Positions 48,797 through 57,042 of a stretch of DNA of 64,000 bases are shown piece by piece. How positions within the stretch are numbered: position 1 is the stretch's first letter; every line of letters starts with the position of its first letter. Position numbers and translations under genes: made by a program. The stretch is from positions 1 through 64,000 of the IMG/VR virus record IMGVR_UViG_3300045988_113377, one strand, 5' to 3'. A model generated the notes under the pieces. The model was not told the DNA's origin and ran no database searches. It saw only the letters and a list, made by a program, of their open reading frames with translations. The stretch is from a virus.

Positions 48797-50017
48797 TTAC
48801 TTTAATATAATCGGATGCCTCTTCCCTCTAATGAGTTTAAACTTTTTGCGTGAAACATCTTTTGAATTTTCTCCGTTGAAATCCCTGATATTGAAACTCC
48901 CTGATTTTCTCCTTCCATAAACAAAACATATTTTATTATTATACAACACTTTATCAAACAACCTAAAACCAAAAACCTCAAAAGGAGCTTGATTGTTTTT
49001 CTTCTTTCCTCCTTTTAAAATTTTCATTTTATGTATTTGCCTATTATGCCTACGAATTAAACGTTTTAAATATTGACATCCGATTCGTTTCGCATTAATG
49101 TTCTTAGAAATGACAAACGCGTCGGATGTATGGGATTTTTCAATCCCGTATTTAATCCGATTATGTTTCGTAATGTAACCAAACGTCATAGAAACTCTGT
49201 CGTATCTGGATCTCAGTTCTTCATACAACTTCCATTTCATGATCCCCATTACGGCTGCGTCGCGTAGCGACTTGCCTCTTCTGATCTTTAAATCTATATT
49301 ACCTTTATGGTATTCTTTGTGACAAGTTTCACATAAGGTAATAAGATTGGATGGGGAATCTCCACCTGTCTTTCGTGATTCAATATGATGAACGTTAAGA
49401 ATCGCATCTTTCGATTTCCCTTTACAATACTGACATTTATGTCCATCTCTTGCTAAAACATATTCCCTAACGTTCCAAAATCCAAGTTGATCACCCTCCT
49501 GATATTCTTTACCAGATATCTCAGGATTGTTAATCTTTTGAGTATCGAATTGAGCTACCTCAACAACAATACGAGATATTGGTAATATAGAACATACATT
49601 GTCAATAACACGAATATGAGCGTCTACTTTGTACCGCACCGAAGGTGCTATCCATCCTTGACGTTTGTTTTTCACCCTGTTGTCAAAACGAGGTTTTCTA
49701 TATCTCAATCTATTTCGTCTCGTTCTTCTCGACTCTCTTCTGGTAGACAAAAGATCTACAATATCATTTCTAAGAATTACCTCACTACTGTAAAGTTCTT
49801 TGCTTTTCGTCGTAGCTGATAGACCAACATGCTTAGTTCCAGCATCAACGCCTAACACAATTTCTTGTTTGTAATCGGATGTGACGTACATTAATTTGAT
49901 GGTAAACGGACATAGGTTCACAACGACTGCCTTGTTTTCTTTAAGCAGTCGTCTTACCTTACCATGCCTTGTTGTAGGCATCATAGGTTTACCATTTATG
50001 TCTTGTACGTACACCAT
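48797..50017 (-). CDS. iscB: IscB, OMEGA RNA-guided nuclease (PLMP domain, RuvC-I, Arg-rich bridge helix, RuvC-II, HNH, RuvC-III, C-terminal TAM-interacting domain)
   Basis: N-terminus VYVQDINGKPMMPTTRHGKVRRLLKENKAVVVNLCPFTIKL matches the IscB PLMP domain; GVDAGTKHVG (RuvC-I Asp); RRESRRTRRNRLRYRKPRF (bridge helix); VVEVAQFD (RuvC-II Glu); CQYCKGKS...NVHHIE...CETCHKEYH (HNH); KSHTSDAFVI (RuvC-III His/Asp). Confidence 0.85.
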   Translation of the reverse strand: MVYVQDINGKPMMPTTRHGKVRRLLKENKAVVVNLCPFTIKLMYVTSDYKQEIVLGVDAGTKHVGLSATTKSKELYSSEVILRNDIVDLLSTRRESRRTRRNRLRYRKPRFDNRVKNKRQGWIAPSVRYKVDAHIRVIDNVCSILPISRIVVEVAQFDTQKINNPEISGKEYQEGDQLGFWNVREYVLARDGHKCQYCKGKSKDAILNVHHIESRKTGGDSPSNLITLCETCHKEYHKGNIDLKIRRGKSLRDAAVMGIMKWKLYEELRSRYDRVSMTFGYITKHNRIKYGIEKSHTSDAFVISKNINAKRIGCQYLKRLIRRHNRQIHKMKILKGGKKKNNQAPFEVFGFRLFDKVLYNNKICFVYGRRKSGSFNIRDFNGENSKDVSRKKFKLIRGKRHPIILK

Positions 50018-50379
50018 ATCTACAAACGTTTTTAATGTTTATTCAACATAAGTCAGGAATATTTCATCCTGTTAGTACCCATCGCCAATGTTATAAGAGG
50101 TTTTGATGCAAGCAACACTGTTTCGCAAATACACTACTCCTGTTTAATCGCTTGCCTTAGGGCTACGGACTTGGGCAAACATCCGTAGGTAACTATCTAT
50201 TCTCAAATAACGTAGCCTTAGTTTCAAGGCTTAGGCTAATATCCGGACCATTTCTGGTACATTAAAACCTTATAATGAAATTATATTGTTTTAATGTTAT
50301 TTCGGATATACAGATATACTTTTTACCCCCAATCGATTCTTTTTATCTTACGACCTAATTTAAGCCGTTCTAAAGCCTG
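50018..50379 (-). ncRNA. candidate omega-RNA of IscB (structured non-coding leader directly upstream, same strand)
   Basis: 362-nt ORF-free interval with multiple mutually exclusive helices (GGCTACGG/CCGTAG/CGTAGCC, TAGCC/GGCTA) consistent with a pseudoknotted scaffold; position matches known IscB-omegaRNA architecture. Confidence 0.55.
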
Positions 50380-51033
50380 TTAGAATGTCATGCCATGACG
50401 AGGCAGTTTGAGATACTTTTCAAGTCTGTCGGAGGCTTCATTTGGTGTATGGCCATCGTATTCGAAAGCGGTTTCTCTTTCAGGAACATCAAACAAATCC
50501 CAGTATTTGCTTTCATAGTGATTAGATACCTGACCGGTAGGTAGGATCGCCATCACAATAAACCAATCATCAGAACCGAAGCATTTTTCTCCGTCGCTGT
50601 GTCTCCTTGATTTGCAAACTTCAACCTGTCCGCTTCTGGCTAATAGATTAAAGAAGGCAGCGTTATACAACATGCGATACCGATACAATTCATTGAAAGT
50701 GTGGTATCCGTCAGAGACTTCTCCCACGTCTACAGGCTTCTTGTTTTGAATACTACCCAAAATATTCTCTATATAGAGCTGTATTTTATACATACCCATT
50801 TCGGTGTGGCCGTATTTGTTCAAGATATTATTGACATCGTATTGTATATTAAAATCTTTTTCAAATTCTACTTCAGGATGATTAGGATAGTAGTAATCTA
50901 CTGATGCTTCTAACACAGACTTGATATGCTCTACTATCCTCGTGGCATCATCATGTTTTAAGAAATTCTTGAATCCCTCAACGAATTTAATATCTTCTTC
51001 GATTGTTGATTCGAACTCTTCTTTTGTCATCAC
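50380..51033 (-). CDS. hypothetical protein (217 aa)
   Basis: ORF only. Confidence 0.55.
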   Translation of the reverse strand: MMTKEEFESTIEEDIKFVEGFKNFLKHDDATRIVEHIKSVLEASVDYYYPNHPEVEFEKDFNIQYDVNNILNKYGHTEMGMYKIQLYIENILGSIQNKKPVDVGEVSDGYHTFNELYRYRMLYNAAFFNLLARSGQVEVCKSRRHSDGEKCFGSDDWFIVMAILPTGQVSNHYESKYWDLFDVPERETAFEYDGHTPNEASDRLEKYLKLPRHGMTF

Positions 51034-51083
51034 TCTAATTACATCTTTTTTTTAAATCGTCTAATCCCATGATTTATTTTAAA

Positions 51084-51725
51084 TTAGTTGTTATTATACT
51101 TTTTTATCCTACAATACAAATCCAATAAGAACTCAGCAGAAAAACCATCCCATGCATTATTCTGCCAAATATCTACTTTGTTAATAAACCAAGACCATGT
51201 AGGACCATCATATGAAGAATCAGATGATGATCCCAATCCGATTTTCTCCATTTCATTCGCCACATCAGAATAAGGATCTAAATCGACTCCCCTAATCATG
51301 TTAATAATATCACCCTTGTCTAATGTAAATTGAAACCGCTCCTTGTTAGTAAGCGAATCTTGATTCAATTTACCAGTCGCAAGCCATTCTCCATCATGAT
51401 ACAATTCGGCAAGTTTCTTTACCTTATTTTTAAGAAAAGAATACTCTTGTGTGACTTCTATAAAATCAGCTTCGTTAGCTTCACCCTCTATGAAGATAAC
51501 GGTTTTGCTTCCAGGTCTATGATCGTCTAAGCTTGCCGGGATTCCCAATATCGTCCATCCTTTAAACTCAGCTATCTTAAAACGCATGACATCAAACACC
51601 TTATAGAAATCATCACAATCTACAGATTCTATTACCTTAATATCCTCTTCTGTGAATTTACCTCGTATTGGAATAACGTGATGACCGGGGCAGCCATCGG
51701 TTCCGAAATATGCGATTCTAACCAC
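51084..51725 (-). CDS. hypothetical protein (213 aa)
   Basis: ORF only. Confidence 0.55.
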   Translation of the reverse strand: MVRIAYFGTDGCPGHHVIPIRGKFTEEDIKVIESVDCDDFYKVFDVMRFKIAEFKGWTILGIPASLDDHRPGSKTVIFIEGEANEADFIEVTQEYSFLKNKVKKLAELYHDGEWLATGKLNQDSLTNKERFQFTLDKGDIINMIRGVDLDPYSDVANEMEKIGLGSSSDSSYDGPTWSWFINKVDIWQNNAWDGFSAEFLLDLYCRIKKYNNN

Positions 51726-51745
51726 GATATTTACAATATTTTAAT

Positions 51746-51961
51746 TTATTTTGCTAAAACATTCATATAACATGGCACATCTACCACATCTCTTCTACGA
51801 AGTCCCTTATCAAAATAGGAAACCATATAAGTATTTTTACCTTCGTGATCAGGTCTGGGATCAAAACATTCAAAAACGAATCTTGTTATACCTTCCAAAT
51901 GACCAAGCATGAAAACAAATTCGCCACTGTATCTTTTATTAGCCAATTCTTCTACAGTCAT
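51746..51961 (-). CDS. hypothetical protein (71 aa)
   Basis: ORF; ATGA overlap with upstream gene. Confidence 0.4.
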   Translation of the reverse strand: MTVEELANKRYSGEFVFMLGHLEGITRFVFECFDPRPDHEGKNTYMVSYFDKGLRRRDVVDVPCYMNVLAK

Positions 51962-52185
51962 AATCTGTCCCCTCCTAATCCTGAATTGATGCTAACGTAC
52001 TTAACACGGACATCATTTCCACGTCCAAGCTGACCCCAGCCGGGCGATGGCGTTCCCTTGGCCGGAGCAGGGACAGCCCTAAGCCGAGACCAGTCCTGCT
52101 TTTGTCTCATGGCTTCAGCCTCTTTGTAATATCGGTTACACAGTTCTTGATCTTCGTAACCAACGTAATCTTCCTTATTTTCCAT
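51958..52185 (-). CDS. hypothetical protein (75 aa)
   Basis: ORF only. Confidence 0.4.
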   Translation of the reverse strand: MENKEDYVGYEDQELCNRYYKEAEAMRQKQDWSRLRAVPAPAKGTPSPGWGQLGRGNDVRVKYVSINSGLGGDRL

Positions 52186-52239
52186 AAAAAATACTTTTTC
52201 AACAAATGTACGACATTCATGAATTAATTAGATTTAAAA

Positions 52240-52290
52240 TAAAACAATATGAATTAAAATAAAAACCCGATACGTTAAAATCGCATCGGG
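52240..52290 (-). terminator. rho-independent terminator (CCCGAT/ATCGGG) for minus strand
   Basis: stem 52266-52271/52285-52290 then U-rich run on minus strand. Confidence 0.5.
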
Positions 52291-52581
52291 CCTGGTATTG
52301 AAAAAACAGGTTCAGATCTTGGGTAAAGACTCGAGCCAATTTTTAACATCTTTATATTTAGGGTCTTTGTCTATTCTATCTCTCAGTTCATGCAATGCTG
52401 AGTCCATAACCGTATTCGGTACGCCAATCAACTCTCCTATTAAATACAAGGGTGTTTTATTTGATTTAGATTCGTGTGCTATATTCATGTCAAAAAAAAA
52501 GTTATGTGAAACAAACCGGCCACGGGTATTCTATTGCCCGCCGACCGGTATAACATTTTTTTTATTCCTTTTTTTTCCAAA

Positions 52582-52604
52582 CGGGAAAAACGGGAATGCG
52601 GGAA
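52582..52604. repeat. three direct CGGGAA repeats at 8-9 nt spacing
   Basis: cgggaa at 52582, 52591, 52599 preceded by long T-tracts. Confidence 0.4.
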
Positions 52605-52688
52605 TCATATTTTTCACTATGGCTCCCGCACCACCGTTAGCCCCGGCTCCATCTAAAAGGACGATTTTATCACCACCCATAATTTTAT

Positions 52689-52709
52689 AGTATTTAATTG
52701 TTAAACATA
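52689..52709 (+). promoter_or_regulatory. copy 2 of 21-nt exact repeat AGTATTTAATTGTTAAACATA
   Basis: identical to 3619-3639. Confidence 0.45.
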
Positions 52710-52726
52710 CGTGCATGATGCACGTA
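52708..52726. promoter_or_regulatory. 19-bp perfect palindrome TACGTGCAT-G-ATGCACGTA (candidate operator)
   Basis: 9-bp perfect arms around a single central base; abuts the 21-nt repeat. Confidence 0.45.
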
Positions 52727-52803
52727 ACAAAGATCATGATTGCAGGGTGGAATATGGGTGTGTTTATTTCCTATAGAAGAGAAGTATTTTCACAAAAACA
52801 AGA

Positions 52804-52853
52804 AGAGATGAGTAAATATTACTATAAACTCATCTCTTAATTGCTTTTTGTTG
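52804..52853. terminator. bidirectional terminator (10-bp perfect stem AGAGATGAGT/ACTCATCTCT, T-tracts both sides)
   Basis: 52804-52813 pairs 52828-52837; ctttttgttg follows. Confidence 0.6.
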
Positions 52854-52862
52854 TAATGAAAT

Positions 52863-53516
52863 TCAAGCCATGTTACACAACTTGAATTTATATTCATCAA
52901 TTATATCATTCAAGTCACAATCTGATAAGTTGAACCATTCTCTGTATATTCCTTTGATATCGAATCTTGCATGAAGCTCGCTTTCTATGTCTTTATCCAC
53001 ATAAGCTATTAATGTTAAGTTATCTTCTACAACAGACAATCCAGATAGCCTTCTTTTTACATCAGAACTTTTACCTATTTTATAGAAACCATTATTATTA
53101 TTTCTTATTATATATGTAAAATATTTTATATATTTTTTATTATATCTACCAATAAATCTATGTGTTATATCTAATACACAATCTTCATTTTTAATATTAC
53201 ATAAATCAAATACATCGTGAATAAAATCTTTAAATAAAGACCTATCACACTTCATACAGATAATACATAGAATCGATTTGGGGAATAAATAATAGTCATG
53301 CCTAAATACATGACTATCATTATCTATTATTTGATTTCCATTATTATCATATCTGTATGATATATAATCTATCCCATCCTTAAAATCAAAAGATGATATT
53401 ACATCCTTTATCCAATGTTTAAAATCATACTTACATTCTAACAGTTTATGAACGTATTTTGCGTCAATCATCTTTCTGTCATTTATTAACACAAAAGGAA
53501 TAAAAGTATTATCCAT
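52863..53516 (-). CDS. Bro-N-like + T5orf172 (GIY-YIG-like) domain protein, AT-rich moron
   Basis: C-terminal GFYKIGKSSDVKRRLSGL...NLTLIAYV...ELHARF...REWFNL matches T5orf172 signature; gene about 27% GC. Confidence 0.55.
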   Translation of the reverse strand: MDNTFIPFVLINDRKMIDAKYVHKLLECKYDFKHWIKDVISSFDFKDGIDYISYRYDNNGNQIIDNDSHVFRHDYYLFPKSILCIICMKCDRSLFKDFIHDVFDLCNIKNEDCVLDITHRFIGRYNKKYIKYFTYIIRNNNNGFYKIGKSSDVKRRLSGLSVVEDNLTLIAYVDKDIESELHARFDIKGIYREWFNLSDCDLNDIIDEYKFKLCNMA

Positions 53517-53694
53517 AATAAAAAAAATAGGCCCAAAAGAGAATGTCAGATCCCACTATGACAAACTCTAATGAGCCAAAAATATCTTTCAACATCAAAC
53601 AACCAGAGGTAAGATCTCGTTGTTCATTGTTTCTGGAACAAAGATAAGAACGGGATTTTAAATAACAAATATTTTAATACTTTTTAAATCAAAC

Positions 53695-53720
53695 CAGGGC
53701 CCGCATTACTGCGAGCCCTG
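53695..53720 (-). terminator. GC-rich interrupted hairpin (CAGGGC-CGCA/TGCG-GCCCTG)
   Basis: 10 paired positions with tetraloop TTAC. Confidence 0.45.
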
Positions 53721-53803
53721 ATCTACACTAATCTAAACTAATACCATGAAAAACTTAAATCTAAAAACTAAAGAACACACAAATGTAGGAAAATGTATGC
53801 CTT

Positions 53804-54001
53804 TCACAAAGAATCTGTATCCTGTTCTTTTGTGTGATTCAAGACATGGGATATAGTTCTGATACTTAATCCGGTTTGATTTTGTATCAGATTATAAATA
53901 TAGGATTTTGAAACTACAGTTCTTAATTGACCTAAATCATTCATAATGTTTTTATACATAAGATGAATGCTGTTGTTACGTTTGATGGTACTGATTCTCA
54001 T
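53804..54001 (-). CDS. hypothetical protein (65 aa)
   Basis: ORF only. Confidence 0.35.
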   Translation of the reverse strand: MRISTIKRNNSIHLMYKNIMNDLGQLRTVVSKSYIYNLIQNQTGLSIRTISHVLNHTKEQDTDSL

Positions 54002-54134
54002 TTCCTACTGTTATTAGTTACGTCCGGTTCTTACTTTTTCCTATTTCTATAATCCCTTCCTGAAACTAATATTGCAAACTTAATAAAAATAATTCATAAA
54101 CAATGAAAATCTAACTTTTCTTGTATGTTATTGA

Positions 54135-54160
54135 TATACGTGCATATATGAGAAAAGTGA
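54135..54160 (-). terminator. hairpin AAGTGAG/CTCACTT downstream of 752-aa gene
   Basis: 7-bp stem, 12-nt loop; no clean U-tract. Confidence 0.35.
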
Positions 54161-54224
54161 GACTTTCACAAGCCTCACTTCCCAAATTATAACCATGAAA
54201 AAACTATATATATGTACACAAAAA

Positions 54225-56483
54225 TTACCTACATTCCAATTTATTAAGATCATCCAATTCAGGCTTGCTTACGGTCATGTCTTGCGTCAAGCCAGATCTG
54301 TTTTGGTATGGAGCGTAATCGGTTTCTACCGTCTTAGCCTTCTGAGTAGAATCGTATTTCACCTCTGATTCGGTTCCTGTCAGATTTTGGTAGATAGAGC
54401 CGGAACTACTCTCGCTTACTTTAGACCATATCTTATTACCTACTCTTATAAAATTATCATAAATACCTTCTGCTGTTATAACACCATCTCGCTCTACGAT
54501 ATTAGGGCCCGATTTTTCTTTTAACAGATACGGGTGCCTGGTGTAAAAATAGTGTTCAAAATCATTCCCGGCATACGAAGAGTCATACTTCTCCAAATAA
54601 AACAATTCTGATAAAGAAGGGTCGGTACTGGTCATGCTATAATCAAACAACATCAACCTGTCTTTTCCAGATAAAGATAATTCTATTGATTTCAAAATAT
54701 CAGGATCATCAGAAATAAGGCCCAAAGATGGACCAGGTTTGAAGTCAAGATACTTATAGGCATTATCATATAATTTTGTTTTATGGAGTTTGTTGTCAAG
54801 GTAAGATTGGTATAAATCGAATAAGGATAATGGGTTTTCGCTATCTTGTTTTTTGTTCATGTATCGACTATACTCCCGATCCACATCCACGTAAGGAACG
54901 TCAAGTACCGCCGGGTGTCCAAACGCCATCCTGGTCATTATCATGTCCTCCGTGTTCTGAGAATCCATGAACGATCTGACGTATTTTTTAATGGAAGCCA
55001 TGAGCGTATTATTATCTACGTTCCGTACTTTCTCTTTATCCAAAACGCCGTTCTTAAAACAAGATTCAGGATATATTTTAGTAGAAAAATGAGTTAGGTT
55101 GTGCTTGGCTAACACTGTTGATATTTGATACATCTCGTTAATATCATCTTTGCTGATCCTTTGATATAGATTATCTCCTACCTTAAGCAATGAATGTTTC
55201 TCAAACGCTTCTACTGGGTCTATATTGGATTCAGAATAAACGATATTCAAATTATCCATATACTCCGGCAATAATTCAGAATAATAATCTGTGCTATCAC
55301 CAAGAACATCATCTATAGAAGATGCCAGCGTTGGAGCATAATTTACATCATTATGCCTGGCCACATAAATATCAAGATCCAGCATCAAATTATCTATCTT
55401 ATTCAAAGATTCTTCTGTGCCATCATAAGTTTCCGATGTCCCTATTATATCTATGCCAAACCACGTACAAGCCTCTTCTATATCCCATATCATGCTTCTT
55501 AAATCGGATTCGGTGTCGGCATTAGCCCTATGTAAATAAGCCGATATACGAGCTCTTAGGAACTCTATTTTGCCAGGATTGTAATAAGACAGATCTTGTA
55601 ACTTAGACAAGGATCTTCTCTTGCCTTCTACCACATCATCCCCTTCTATGTTTATTACCGGAATCTTATTCGTAGATGAGAACTCATCAAACATAGATTC
55701 GGCAAATTCTTTATCAGAAACGAATTTCTCAACCAGTTCAGGATATGAATTTCTCAACGATTCAAAAGCAGATGAAAATTCAGAAAAGTTTTTTATGCCG
55801 GCTACTGTTTTACGCATAGCATAATAAAGCTCAGAAGGATTATATGGTACCTTTTTACCAAATTGGTTAAACACTCCCTCCTTGTAAACAATAGGACCAT
55901 ACTGATAGTCAACAGACATAAAATAATTATCCTTTTCCCTATCATGTTCGTTAATAGAAGAATCTATTAACTTTCTCATGGAAGTCGAAACCTCGTTTAA
56001 AACAGAAGGATCGGATAAAATACGACTTATTTCTGTTTCATCATACAAACCGGATCTCCTTAATTTCTGCTCATTCAGTATCAAACTGCCATCTACATAA
56101 AAATCGAAGAGAATAGCATTAGACAATGAAGACGCATTGAAAAAATAATGAGTAGACAAAAGGAAATCCCTTACATCCTTAACATCCTGAGCCGTTAAAG
56201 GATCAGCAAAATAAGTCTGACGCTTCATATACGACAGCACGTCTTCTAAAAGAGGTTCACCATTGGGATCGGTATTAAACATCTCTCCTGGAGCCGGGTT
56301 ATTCCAATGACCGTAATACGACAAAAAACCAGGAGTGTAAGCCTTAGCCCATACCTGAAGAGCTCGTTCGCTATTCCCTAATAATTTCAAGGCACTTTCG
56401 TAAAGAACGGAAGGCTCCCCGTTAGGAGCCTTAACCCGTTTTATTTCATTTTCCTTTTTTTCTATCTGACATTTGACACCCAT
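54225..56483 (-). CDS. large hypothetical protein (752 aa), probable virion component
   Basis: long ORF in late block. Confidence 0.65.
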   Translation of the reverse strand: MGVKCQIEKKENEIKRVKAPNGEPSVLYESALKLLGNSERALQVWAKAYTPGFLSYYGHWNNPAPGEMFNTDPNGEPLLEDVLSYMKRQTYFADPLTAQDVKDVRDFLLSTHYFFNASSLSNAILFDFYVDGSLILNEQKLRRSGLYDETEISRILSDPSVLNEVSTSMRKLIDSSINEHDREKDNYFMSVDYQYGPIVYKEGVFNQFGKKVPYNPSELYYAMRKTVAGIKNFSEFSSAFESLRNSYPELVEKFVSDKEFAESMFDEFSSTNKIPVINIEGDDVVEGKRRSLSKLQDLSYYNPGKIEFLRARISAYLHRANADTESDLRSMIWDIEEACTWFGIDIIGTSETYDGTEESLNKIDNLMLDLDIYVARHNDVNYAPTLASSIDDVLGDSTDYYSELLPEYMDNLNIVYSESNIDPVEAFEKHSLLKVGDNLYQRISKDDINEMYQISTVLAKHNLTHFSTKIYPESCFKNGVLDKEKVRNVDNNTLMASIKKYVRSFMDSQNTEDMIMTRMAFGHPAVLDVPYVDVDREYSRYMNKKQDSENPLSLFDLYQSYLDNKLHKTKLYDNAYKYLDFKPGPSLGLISDDPDILKSIELSLSGKDRLMLFDYSMTSTDPSLSELFYLEKYDSSYAGNDFEHYFYTRHPYLLKEKSGPNIVERDGVITAEGIYDNFIRVGNKIWSKVSESSSGSIYQNLTGTESEVKYDSTQKAKTVETDYAPYQNRSGLTQDMTVSKPELDDLNKLECR

Positions 56484-56509
56484 TGTAATTAACTTTTTTG
56501 CAAAGTTAA

Positions 56510-57040
56510 TTATAAAACCGACTTATACAATGACGGATCCCAAATTCCTTCTATATAAATCTCCGGAAAACTCAAACTGCCATCACGAAGAGTGGTGACT
56601 TCCAAGCTGGGAATGTTGAAAACAGTACTGGTATCACCAAAATTACCATTCAACTTGATAGCATTTCCGCTGTTATTAGCCTCATAATAAAAATAACAAT
56701 AATTTTCATTAATGCTTGGATCATATTCGTACCAATATGTTAGATCTTGTATATGATCTTCTATGTTACCAATTTTGTTTTCACCTAATATAAAAATACC
56801 ATTATTGCTATGATTATAAACCATAGATTCATAACCACCATAATTCCAATTACTATTAAACATTATGTAACTAACATCAGAACCATGATCTTTTAATACA
56901 GGTCCTATATGTATATGAATTTTATTAAACTGACATACATAAGGTCTTTTTCCTCCAAGCCTTTTTATATCTTCATTGGATAACTTATTATAACATCCTC
57001 CCACGAAATTATCCGCAGCATTAAAAAATCTCCTTCTCAT
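56510..57040 (-). CDS. MRRRF-family protein (likely start at internal Met 57040, MRRRFF...; ORF track extends to 57049 and overlaps the 2213-aa gene)
   Basis: third member with MRRRF N-terminus; Asn/Tyr/Gly-rich like fiber/lectin domains. Confidence 0.5.
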   Translation of the reverse strand: MRRRFFNAADNFVGGCYNKLSNEDIKRLGGKRPYVCQFNKIHIHIGPVLKDHGSDVSYIMFNSNWNYGGYESMVYNHSNNGIFILGENKIGNIEDHIQDLTYWYEYDPSINENYCYFYYEANNSGNAIKLNGNFGDTSTVFNIPSLEVTTLRDGSLSFPEIYIEGIWDPSLYKSVL

Positions 57041-57042
57041 AC

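Noticed and set aside
47562-50400. IS200/605 TnpA partner and terminal hairpins for the IscB locus
   Set aside because: No Y1 HuH transposase ORF and no convincing subterminal palindromes found by eye. IscB appears to be a solo copy, so element boundaries remain undefined.
52298-52690. 130-aa plus-strand ORF
   Set aside because: Low-complexity translation (LSILSLSS, FFLFLFF, APAPPLAPAP) running through a terminator-like hairpin and T-tracts. Treated as non-coding.
21941-54132. TACGTGCAT half-site recurring at 21946 and 54120 as a regulon motif
   Set aside because: Only three occurrences of a 9-mer in 64 kb, and one lies inside coding sequence. Not distinguishable from chance without more genomes.
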